The position numbers and the translations under genes are program-made. The notes beneath the pieces are model-generated. The model ran no database searches. It saw only the letters and a list, made by a program, of their open reading frames with translations, and was not told the origin of the DNA. Of a DNA stretch of 35,818 bases, positions 1-7,910 are shown piece by piece. Each line of letters opens with the position of its first letter. Position 1 is the stretch's first letter. Location of the stretch: sequence record DRR723986_28554. One strand, written 5' to 3'.

Positions 1-121
1 AAGCCACTTTAGATTCAGGGTCAAAAGCTAAAAAGTTATCAATTAAAGCATCACTAATCTGGTCTGCTACTTTATCTGGATGTCCTTCAGATACACTTTC
101 AGATGTAAATAAATATGGCAT
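1..121 (-). CDS. metK: S-adenosylmethionine synthetase, 5' fragment (runs off the window start)
   Basis: Not in the ORF track. Manual translation from ATG at 121 gives [40 protein letters not shown], containing the MetK signature FTSESVxEGHPDK. Confidence 0.97.
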   Translation of the reverse strand, partial: MPYLFTSESVSEGHPDKVADQISDALIDNFLAFDPESKVA

Positions 122-194
122 AAATCCTAATTTTATTTAAGTTATAGTCTTTTTAAAAAATGATTGCATGGTTGCTAGAGTAGTAGTTTACATA

Positions 195-244
195 CTGTTT
201 TAGCATTTTTTCCAGAGGTTGCAATCAGATCAAATTTTTCCTCT
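195..244 (-). ncRNA. SAM-II class riboswitch aptamer in the metK leader
   Basis: Minus strand reads AGAGG-AAAAAUUUGAUCUGAUUGCAA-CCUCU-GGAAAAAAU-GCUAAAACAG. P1 is AGAGG/CCUCU, the loop carries the AUUU..AUUGCAA core, and 3' GCUAAAACAG can close the pseudoknot. It lies directly upstream of metK. Confidence 0.85.
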
Positions 245-257
245 TTTTTAGACTTGG

Positions 258-265
258 CAAAAATA
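258..265 (-). promoter_or_regulatory. Bacteroidota sigma-70 -7 element (TATTTTTG) for the riboswitch-metK transcript
   Basis: Exact TAnnTTTG match 13 nt upstream of the aptamer. Confidence 0.6.
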
Positions 266-324
266 CATATTAATATTAAATCTAAAAACCCTTATCACCT
301 TAAGATTCTCTTAAATAAAAAAAT

Positions 325-332
325 TACATTTG
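325..332 (+). promoter_or_regulatory. -7 promoter element (TACATTTG) for the PagL-like gene
   Basis: Exact TAnnTTTG match 16 nt before ATG 349. Confidence 0.6.
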
Positions 333-348
333 TCTCAACATTACCTAA

Positions 349-1443
349 ATGAAATACTGGCTTACTAGTTTTGTGTTATTAATTGGATGTATCTGTATTT
401 CGCAAGAAAATGATACTTCAGACTCGTATATTGATCTCAATTACTTTAGTGGTAATATTGCGCTTCATAATAACGACATACTTCATTTAATTACAGGGCA
501 TCCTGAAGGCTTCATTTTTAGCTGGAATAAAAAAACCTATGGAAATGAAGATTGGGAGCAGCGCTACAATTACCCAGATTATGGAGCTTCATTTATTTAT
601 CAGGATTTAAAAAATAAAAACTTAGGTGATAATTTTGGTATTTACGCGCATTACAATTTTTACTTTTTTAAGCGGAATTTTATGTTGCGTCTTGCTCAGG
701 GATTAGCCTATACAACCAATCCCTATGATAGAATTGATAACCCAAAAAATATTGCGTTAGGTACACGGCTTCTAAGTTCAACATATCTAATGCTTAACTT
801 TAAAAAAGAACGTGTTTTTGATCGTTTTGGTTTACAAGCTGGGTTGTCTTTTATTCATTATTCTAATGCCAATGTAAAAGCACCAAATACAAGTGTAAAT
901 ACTATGGCGCTTAATTTAGGATTAACTTATAATTTTGAAGAAAACTCTGTAGAATATATTGATAATTTATCTAATGAAAAGTTTACAGAGCCTATTAGAT
1001 TTAATGCGGTTTTTAGATCTGGTATTAATCAAAGTGATGTTATAGGTAGTGGCCAGTTTCCGTTTTATATTTTGTCTACATATGCAGATAAACGATTAAG
1101 TAATATAAGTACTATACAGGTTGGTGCAGATGTGTTTTTTTCAAACTTTTTAAAAGAACTTATCTATTATCAGTCTGTTGCGTTTCCGGAAAAAGAAGTG
1201 ACAGGAGATGAGGATTATAAGCGTGTAGGTTTGTTTGTTGGGCATGAGCTTTTTATTAATAGAATGTCGGTAATAACGCAGTTAGGCTACTATGTGTATT
1301 ATCCTTTTGATTTTGAAGGACGAACCTATATTAGGGTTGGGTTAAAGCGTTATTTTGGAAAGAAACTTTTTGGTGCTATAACTTTAAAATCTCATGGTGC
1401 TAAGGCAGAAGCGGTTGAATTTGGTATAGGTGTTAGATTATGA
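349..1443 (+). CDS. Outer-membrane beta-barrel, PagL-like lipid A deacylase (acyloxyacyl hydrolase) family
   Basis: Signal peptide, amphipathic beta-strands, HYSNAN motif resembling the PagL His-x-Ser-Asn catalytic motif, C-terminal strand EFGIGVRL. Confidence 0.75.
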   Translation: MKYWLTSFVLLIGCICISQENDTSDSYIDLNYFSGNIALHNNDILHLITGHPEGFIFSWNKKTYGNEDWEQRYNYPDYGASFIYQDLKNKNLGDNFGIYAHYNFYFFKRNFMLRLAQGLAYTTNPYDRIDNPKNIALGTRLLSSTYLMLNFKKERVFDRFGLQAGLSFIHYSNANVKAPNTSVNTMALNLGLTYNFEENSVEYIDNLSNEKFTEPIRFNAVFRSGINQSDVIGSGQFPFYILSTYADKRLSNISTIQVGADVFFSNFLKELIYYQSVAFPEKEVTGDEDYKRVGLFVGHELFINRMSVITQLGYYVYYPFDFEGRTYIRVGLKRYFGKKLFGAITLKSHGAKAEAVEFGIGVRL

Positions 1444-2183
1444 AAAAACTAGTTTACATTTTAGTATTGTGTTTGTTTGCTTGTAATAGTGAAGATGCTT
1501 GGGATTGCTTTCAAACGGCTGGCGATATCATTGAAATGGAAATTGAAATAGAGAATTTTGATAAGATTTTGGTGAATAGAGATATTGAGCTAATAATAAA
1601 GGATGCTCCGGAATACAAAGTAAAAGTCGTAACTGGTGAAAACTTGATAACTGATGTAAACATTGAGGTTGTTGAAAATCGATTGATTTTAACTGATAAT
1701 AATACCTGCAATTATACTAGAGAATATGGTATAACTAAAATCTTTGTGGAAGCGCCAGATATCAATGAAATTAGAACGTCTTCACAGTTTGTTATTTCCT
1801 CAGATGGTGTCTTAAATTATAATAATATAACCTTGTATTCTGAAGACGTTATTGGTCAGAGTGAATTCACAGTTGGTGATTTTGATTTAGAACTAAATTC
1901 TGAAGTTCTAGATGTTTTTTCTAATAATATTTCATCGTTTACAATTCAAGGAGAAGTAGATAATATATTTATTGGTTTCTATTCTGGTTCTGGTCGTTTT
2001 GAAGGTGAGAACTTAGAAGCACAGAATGTTGAAGTATTTCATCGTGGCAGTAACGATATGGTTGTAAATCCTCAGCAATCACTAATTGGAGAACTACGTG
2101 GTACGGGAAATTTAATATCAATTAATGAGCCACCACTAGTGGATGTAGAACGTTTTTATACTGGAAGACTAATTTTTAACTAG
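1440..2183 (+). CDS. DUF2807 (head GIN domain) lipoprotein
   Basis: Lipobox LFAC; DCFQTAG, FDKILV, VTGENLI and beta-helix repeats (SGSGRF, RGSNDM, RGTGNL); ATGA overlap with the upstream gene. Confidence 0.8.
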   Translation: MKKLVYILVLCLFACNSEDAWDCFQTAGDIIEMEIEIENFDKILVNRDIELIIKDAPEYKVKVVTGENLITDVNIEVVENRLILTDNNTCNYTREYGITKIFVEAPDINEIRTSSQFVISSDGVLNYNNITLYSEDVIGQSEFTVGDFDLELNSEVLDVFSNNISSFTIQGEVDNIFIGFYSGSGRFEGENLEAQNVEVFHRGSNDMVVNPQQSLIGELRGTGNLISINEPPLVDVERFYTGRLIFN

Positions 2184-3069
2184 TCAATTCTCTAAACATA
2201 CTCTCTAGACTGGTGTTTTTTTGATTTAGTTGTAAAATCTTCAAATCATTGTCGTGTGCAAAATCAAATACATGAGAGCGCATATCTTCCTTAGTAGAAA
2301 AGGTGATTTCGTAAACGAAACCACTAGGATTTTTTACTGCAGTTACTTTTGGTAGTTTTAATAAAAAGGCGTCTTCAACTCTATAATCAAACTCGGCAAT
2401 GACAATCTGTTCTTGCCCTTCTCTTAGGTCTTTTAGGTATTTATCAGCAACAATTTCACCTTTATTTATAATAATAACCCTATCGCACATAGCCTCAACT
2501 TCTTGCATAATGTGTGTAGATAGAAATACTGTTTTTTCCTTACCAATTGACCTAATTAAATTTCTAATATCTACAAGTTGGTTTGGATCTAAACCAGTTG
2601 TTGGTTCATCTAAAATTAAAACTTCTGGGTTGTGTAATAAGGCATTTGCTAAACCAACACGCTGTCTGTATCCTTTAGATAATTGACTTATTTTTTTATG
2701 AGCTTCAGGTGTAAGGCCTGTTAATTCAATGACTTCATCTATTTTAGATTTTGCAATACCATAAACATTAGCATTGAAATTGAGATATTCTTTAACGTAT
2801 AAGTCTGTGTATAGTGGATTGTGTTCTGGTAAATAACCTACACTGCCTTGTACTTTGTTTTTATCGGTATTAACATCAAAACCATTTACAAAGGCAGTGC
2901 CTTCTGAGGCGTCTATATAAGTCGTTAAAATTTTCATCATCGTAGACTTTCCTGCACCATTTGGTCCAAGAAATCCAACTATTTCGGCATCTTTAACCTT
3001 AAAAGAAACACTATTCAATGCTTTTTGGTCTTTATAAACTTTAGTAATATTTTTTACTTCAATAGACAT
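2176..3069 (-). CDS. gldA: Gliding motility-associated ABC transporter ATP-binding subunit GldA
   Basis: Walker A GPNGAGKST, signature LSKGYRQR, Walker B ILDEP, GYLPEHNPLY, C-terminal DMRSHVFDFAHDN characteristic of flavobacterial GldA. Confidence 0.9.
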   Translation of the reverse strand: MSIEVKNITKVYKDQKALNSVSFKVKDAEIVGFLGPNGAGKSTMMKILTTYIDASEGTAFVNGFDVNTDKNKVQGSVGYLPEHNPLYTDLYVKEYLNFNANVYGIAKSKIDEVIELTGLTPEAHKKISQLSKGYRQRVGLANALLHNPEVLILDEPTTGLDPNQLVDIRNLIRSIGKEKTVFLSTHIMQEVEAMCDRVIIINKGEIVADKYLKDLREGQEQIVIAEFDYRVEDAFLLKLPKVTAVKNPSGFVYEITFSTKEDMRSHVFDFAHDNDLKILQLNQKNTSLESMFRELTS

Positions 3070-3220
3070 TCACACAATAATTTTATCAAAAATAGGTATT
3101 ATATAATATTGTAGCTTCTTTATTATTAATTCTTTAAAACTTTATAATTATCTGTAAAAAACGTTTTTAACAATTTTGAATTGCAAAAATATTAATTACA
3201 TTAGCTACTTATTAATAACA

Positions 3221-3286
3221 ATGAATATATCGAAAACATATTTTAACTGGTTTTATTTCTTTTTTAGCAAAAGAAACGAGGCTTAG
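3221..3286 (+). CDS. Aromatic amino acid attenuation leader peptide MNISKTYFNWFYFFFSKRNEA (21 aa)
   Basis: Manual translation ATG 3221 to TAG 3286. Eight of the nine codons 7-15 are Phe, Tyr or Trp. It lies directly upstream of the pheA operon and is followed by alternative hairpins. Confidence 0.88.
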   Translation: MNISKTYFNWFYFFFSKRNEA

Positions 3287-3340
3287 TATGTTTTATTTAA
3301 AATATAGTTTTTAAAGTCTCGATTTAGTCGAGACTTTTTT
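3256..3340 (+). promoter_or_regulatory. Transcription attenuator (pause hairpin, antiterminator, terminator)
   Basis: Pause hairpin UUUCUUUU 3256-63 with AAAAGAAA 3269-76. Antiterminator CGAGGCUU 3277-84 with AAGUCUCG 3314-21. Terminator AAAGUCUCGA 3313-22 with UCGAGACUUU 3328-37, U-tract to 3340. Confidence 0.85.
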
Positions 3341-3343
3341 ATT

Positions 3344-4171
3344 ATGACAAAACCAATTGCAATACAAGGAATTAAAGGCTCTTTTCATCATGAGGTAGCG
3401 CAACAGTATTTTAATACTAATACTGATGTGGTAGAATGTATGTCTTTTGATGGTGCCGTGGATAGTTTGGTTAATAATGAAACTGACCATATTGTAATGG
3501 CTTTAGAAAATTCTATTGCAGGTTCAATTATTCCTAATTATGCATTAATAGATAATAATCACCTTAGTATCGTTGGTGAGTATTATTTAGATATTCAGCA
3601 TAATTTAATGGCAAAAAAAGGACAAAATATACAATCTATAAAAGAGGTGCATTCACACCCAATGGCATTGTTACAGTGCAAGGTTTTTCTAAAAGACTAT
3701 CCTCATATTAAATTAGTTGAAGCAAAGGATACAGCAGATGTTGCCAAACAAATTAATGATCATCAGATTGAAGGTATTGCAGCAATTGCAAGTACAAATG
3801 CCGCAAAACTCTATGAGCTTGAAATTATAGCGGAGAGTATTCAAACGATTAAACATAATGAAACCCGTTTTGTCATTGTAAAGCGAGAGAATGATAATTC
3901 AGAGATTAAAGATTTAAATAAGGCGTCAGTTAAATTTGAATTAAGTCATAAACGCGGTAGTTTAGCTACAATTTTAAACGTTATAAGTGATTGTAAACTT
4001 AATTTAACTAAAATTCAATCTTTGCCTAAAATTGATACACCATGGAAGTATGCATTTTTTGTAGATGTTACTTTTGAAGATTATAACGACTATGTTAAAG
4101 CTAAATCTATTATGGAACTAATGGCAGAAAATTTTAAAGTATTAGGTGAATATAAAAATGCAAGAGTATGA
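3344..4171 (+). CDS. pheA: Prephenate dehydratase with C-terminal ACT domain
   Basis: IAIQGIKGSFH, ENSIAGSI, SHPMALLQC, NETRF catalytic motif, ACT region LNLTKIQSLP. Confidence 0.95.
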   Translation: MTKPIAIQGIKGSFHHEVAQQYFNTNTDVVECMSFDGAVDSLVNNETDHIVMALENSIAGSIIPNYALIDNNHLSIVGEYYLDIQHNLMAKKGQNIQSIKEVHSHPMALLQCKVFLKDYPHIKLVEAKDTADVAKQINDHQIEGIAAIASTNAAKLYELEIIAESIQTIKHNETRFVIVKRENDNSEIKDLNKASVKFELSHKRGSLATILNVISDCKLNLTKIQSLPKIDTPWKYAFFVDVTFEDYNDYVKAKSIMELMAENFKVLGEYKNARV

Positions 4172-5313
4172 TAGATGTTGCTAATAGATTAAAAAATGTT
4201 GAGGAATACTACTTTTCTAAAAAACTTAGAGAAGTTGAGTTTTTAAAGTCACAGGGAAAACCTATAATTAATTTAGGAATAGGTAGTCCAGACTTAGTCC
4301 CTCCATTTAAAGCAACCGTTCTTTTAAAAGATAGTTTAGATGATGAAGGTGCTAATAAATATCAGAGTTATCAGGGTTTACCAGAATTAAGAGATGAAAT
4401 TGCTAATTTTTATAAAAACCGATATAAAGTAAGTTTAAGTGGTCAGACCGAAGTCCTTCCTTTATTAGGGAGTAAAGAAGGTATAATGCATATCTCAATG
4501 GCCTTTTTAAATAAAGGTGATCAAGTCTTGGTGCCAAATCCTGGTTATCCATCATATGCAGCTGTCGCAAATCTTGTTGAAGCAGAACCGATTCTTTACG
4601 ATTTAAGTGAGGATAATAATTGGCTACCAGATTTCATTGCGTTGGAAAGACTAGATTTAAGCAAGGTAAAAATAATGTGGATTAATTATCCACATATGCC
4701 AACAGGTACTAATGCACCTAATAAATTTTATGATGAGGTAATAGCCTTTGGAAAGCGTCACAATATTTTAATCGTTAATGACAACCCATACAGTTTTGTG
4801 CTTAACGAAAAACCGATTAGTATTATGCGTTATAAAGATGCTAAAGAGGTTTGCTTAGAATTAAATTCATTAAGTAAAACTTTTAACATGGCAGGCTGGC
4901 GTGTTGGAATGCTTGTTGGTAATTATGATTATTTAAATGCCGTTTTAAAGGTAAAAAGTAATATGGATTCTGGTATGTTTTATGGCATACAAAAAGGAGC
5001 TATTGAAGCCTTAAAATGTTCCGACATGTGGTTTGTAAGTTTAAATAGTGTTTACGAACAAAGACGTGAGTTAATCTGGAAATTGGCAGATGCACTTAAT
5101 TGTACCTATGACGAAGATGCTTCTGGTATGTTTATATGGGCAAAATTACCACCACATATAAAGTCTGAAGAATACACAGATTTAATACTTAAAGAGCATT
5201 CTGTTTTTGTGGCACCAGGAACTGTTTTTGGGAGCAATGGAGAAGGTTTTATAAGATTTTCATTATGTGCTTCAGAAGAAGTAATAAAAGAAGCTATAGC
5301 AAGAGTAAAGTAA
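4168..5313 (+). CDS. PLP-dependent class I/II aminotransferase (probable aromatic or prephenate aminotransferase by context)
   Basis: NLGIGSPD, NYPHMPTG, DNPY, PLP-lysine motif SLSKTFNMAGWRVG; ATGA overlap with pheA. Confidence 0.88.
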   Translation: MIDVANRLKNVEEYYFSKKLREVEFLKSQGKPIINLGIGSPDLVPPFKATVLLKDSLDDEGANKYQSYQGLPELRDEIANFYKNRYKVSLSGQTEVLPLLGSKEGIMHISMAFLNKGDQVLVPNPGYPSYAAVANLVEAEPILYDLSEDNNWLPDFIALERLDLSKVKIMWINYPHMPTGTNAPNKFYDEVIAFGKRHNILIVNDNPYSFVLNEKPISIMRYKDAKEVCLELNSLSKTFNMAGWRVGMLVGNYDYLNAVLKVKSNMDSGMFYGIQKGAIEALKCSDMWFVSLNSVYEQRRELIWKLADALNCTYDEDASGMFIWAKLPPHIKSEEYTDLILKEHSVFVAPGTVFGSNGEGFIRFSLCASEEVIKEAIARVK

Positions 5314-5315
5314 AC

Positions 5316-6167
5316 ATGGATAATATTTTTATAGTCGGAGTTGGGTTAATTGGAGGTAGTTTTGCTTTAGATACTAAAGCGCTTCATCCTAACTGTACTG
5401 TTTATGGTATTGATAATAATATAGATCATCTAGAAGAGGCATTAAGAATAAATATTATTGATAAAAAGGCTGAGTTGCAAGATTTGACTAAAGCAGATTT
5501 AGTAATTGTTGCTATACCAGTAGATGCTACCTTAGATTTATTACCGCGTATTTTAGACCATGTGTCAGACGATGCCATTGTGTTTGACGCAGGCTCTACA
5601 AAAGAAGATATTTGCCTTAAAGTTAGAGATCACAAACGCAGAAGAAATTATTTAGCTGCTCATCCAATTGCGGGTACAGAATACTCTGGTCCTTCAGCGG
5701 CAATTAATGGTTTATATAAAAATAAAACCAATATTATTTGTGAAGTAGAGGAAACCGCATTTAAGCTCCAGGAGAAGGCATTAAGACTGTTTTCAGATTT
5801 AGGAATGCGAATTCGTTATATGAATCCAAAAGCGCACGACAAACATATTGCTTATGTGTCTCATTTGTCTCATATAAGCTCATTCATGCTTGGTAAAACT
5901 GTAATTGAGAAAGAAAAAAATGAACGCGATATTTTTGATATGGCAGGAAGTGGTTTTGAAAGCACGGTGCGTTTGGCTAAAAGTTCACCTGCTATGTGGA
6001 CAGCTATTTTTCAACAAAATAAAACAAATGTCATTGAGACATTAGATGAGTATATTAATAATCTCAAACATTTTAAAAATCTAATGGAAAACAATGATTT
6101 TGATGCGGTTTTTAATGAAATGGAAACCACCAATCATATAAAAGATATATTAAACGGAATACAATAA
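5316..6167 (+). CDS. tyrA: Prephenate (or arogenate) dehydrogenase
   Basis: Rossmann GVGLIGGS, DAGSTK, HPIAGTE, HDKHIAYVSHLSH, GSGFESTVRLA. Start moved to ATG 5316 because the 5265 start overlaps the upstream gene. Confidence 0.93.
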   Translation: MDNIFIVGVGLIGGSFALDTKALHPNCTVYGIDNNIDHLEEALRINIIDKKAELQDLTKADLVIVAIPVDATLDLLPRILDHVSDDAIVFDAGSTKEDICLKVRDHKRRRNYLAAHPIAGTEYSGPSAAINGLYKNKTNIICEVEETAFKLQEKALRLFSDLGMRIRYMNPKAHDKHIAYVSHLSHISSFMLGKTVIEKEKNERDIFDMAGSGFESTVRLAKSSPAMWTAIFQQNKTNVIETLDEYINNLKHFKNLMENNDFDAVFNEMETTNHIKDILNGIQ

Positions 6168-6193
6168 AAATTTAGAAAAAGACGAGTAGAATA

Positions 6194-7276
6194 ATGGAGA
6201 ATAAAAAAGAATTGCGAAACTGGTTAGATGCTTTTGGTTTAGACCATCCCTTAGTAATTGCAGGACCTTGTAGTGCTGAAACGGAGCAACAAGTATTAAA
6301 TATAGCACATCAACTAAAAGACAGTGATGCCACTGTTTTTAGAGCAGGTATTTGGAAACCAAGAACAAGACCTGGAAACTTTGAAGGTGTAGGTGCTTTG
6401 GGTTTAAAATGGCTTCAAAAAGCCAAGCAAGAAACGGGCATGATGATTACTACAGAGGTTGCCAATGCTAACCATGTTGAGTTAGCCTTAGAGCATGATG
6501 TAGATATTCTTTGGATTGGTGCACGTACAACTGTGAGCCCATTTATTGTTCAAGATATCGCGGATGCTTTAAAAGGAACGGATAAACCAGTGCTTATTAA
6601 AAATCCGGTGAATCCTGATTTATCTCTATGGCTAGGTGCTGTAGAACGTTTTTATACTGCAGATGTAAAAAACCTAGGTGTTATACACAGAGGATTTTCA
6701 ACTTATGAGAAAACGCGTTATAGAAATAATCCTGAATGGCAAATTGCTGTAGATTTACAAAATCGTTTTCCTGATTTACCATTAATTTTAGATCCTTCTC
6801 ATATTGCTGGTCGCCGTGATATTATATTCGATTTAAGCCAGACAGCATTAGATTTAAATTATGATGGACTAATGGTAGAAACTCATCACGATCCTGATAA
6901 TGCATGGAGTGATGCTGCTCAGCAAATTACACCAGAGACTTTAATAAAATATACAGAGGACCTAAGAATTAGAAAAGAGGTTGGTGATGATGCAGAGTTT
7001 AAAAACAATATTAATACGTTACGTACTAAGATAGATGTTATAGATCATCAGTTAATAGAGATATTAGGTAAGCGAATGAATGTTGCTGAAGATATCGGTA
7101 ATTTAAAAAAGAAACACAACGTCGCTGTATTACAAAATAAACGTTGGAATGAGATCTTAGGTAAAATGGTATTAGAAGGTGAGGAAAAGAACTTAAGCGA
7201 AGAATTTATTCTTAGAATGTTTAAAGCTATTCACCAGGAATCGATTAATCATCAAGAAGAGATTATTAATCACTAA
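6194..7276 (+). CDS. Bifunctional DAHP synthase (type I-beta) with C-terminal AroQ chorismate mutase
   Basis: IAGPCSAE, WKPRTRP, IGART, LDPSH motifs; C-terminal LRTKIDVIDHQLIEILGKRM...IGNLKK chorismate mutase helix. Confidence 0.93.
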   Translation: MENKKELRNWLDAFGLDHPLVIAGPCSAETEQQVLNIAHQLKDSDATVFRAGIWKPRTRPGNFEGVGALGLKWLQKAKQETGMMITTEVANANHVELALEHDVDILWIGARTTVSPFIVQDIADALKGTDKPVLIKNPVNPDLSLWLGAVERFYTADVKNLGVIHRGFSTYEKTRYRNNPEWQIAVDLQNRFPDLPLILDPSHIAGRRDIIFDLSQTALDLNYDGLMVETHHDPDNAWSDAAQQITPETLIKYTEDLRIRKEVGDDAEFKNNINTLRTKIDVIDHQLIEILGKRMNVAEDIGNLKKKHNVAVLQNKRWNEILGKMVLEGEEKNLSEEFILRMFKAIHQESINHQEEIINH

Positions 7277-7291
7277 GAATTTTGAAAGTTT

Positions 7292-7320
7292 AAAAGGCCC
7301 GCCATTGGCGAGCCTTTATT
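7292..7320. terminator. Probable bidirectional intrinsic terminator
   Basis: AAAGGCcCGCC-ATT-GGCGaGCCTTT hairpin with A/T flanks between convergent genes. Confidence 0.7.
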
Positions 7321-7334
7321 ATAATATAGAAGTT

Positions 7335-7829
7335 TTAAATGCTTCTTTTAAAAGTGTATCTGGTAATAAAAATACCTTGACCGTCACCTTTCCCACCTGA
7401 GCTTTCAACACCAGTATTAATAAAGGCCAGTTCCCAGCCTTCGGCAATCATGGTATTTACTTTTGATGTCATTATAGCATCATTAGCTGCAATGTTTTGA
7501 AAACGAATACCACCAAGGTTGTAAAAATTCAACAGTTTAGTTTCTTCATATTCTTTAGTTCTAATTTCACCGCGCTTCGATTTGTTTTTATCATCTTTAT
7601 CTTTTTCACCAGACCTTACAGTTGTATATTCTTTGTAGTCCTTTTTTTCGTTAACAGATATCATACGAGAACGTCCTAATCCATTAGGAACGATAGATTC
7701 TACAACGGTAACTACTTTGTACTCTACCTGTGTAACAGGTTTTTCTTCGTTTGAGGTGCCTTTGTTGATAAATGAGAATGAAACTAGTCCTACAGCAATC
7801 GCTGCGATAAATAAGAAATTTTTTTTCAT
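7335..7829 (-). CDS. Exported hypothetical protein with DUF4177-like motifs
   Basis: Signal peptide; EYKVV ... EGWEL ... YTFKR pattern. Confidence 0.7.
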   Translation of the reverse strand: MKKNFLFIAAIAVGLVSFSFINKGTSNEEKPVTQVEYKVVTVVESIVPNGLGRSRMISVNEKKDYKEYTTVRSGEKDKDDKNKSKRGEIRTKEYEETKLLNFYNLGGIRFQNIAANDAIMTSKVNTMIAEGWELAFINTGVESSGGKGDGQGIFITRYTFKRSI

Positions 7830-7910
7830 GATTTTTGATTTTTGTTTTATGCTATTAAATTAAAGACTTTTTAGTTAAAAGTCGTTACTTTGTTATTATT
7901 AATTAACTTA

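Noticed and set aside
5265-5315. N-terminal extensions given by the ORF track (tyrA 5265; also rsgA 7890, dtd 8846, rlmN 12102, DUF481 20098, gldB 24525)
   Set aside because: They overlap upstream genes or promoter elements; downstream starts match family N-termini or signal peptides better.
6194-7276. DAHP synthase with C-terminal chorismate mutase as a novel fusion
   Set aside because: This architecture is already characterised in Bacteroidota such as Porphyromonas and Prevotella.
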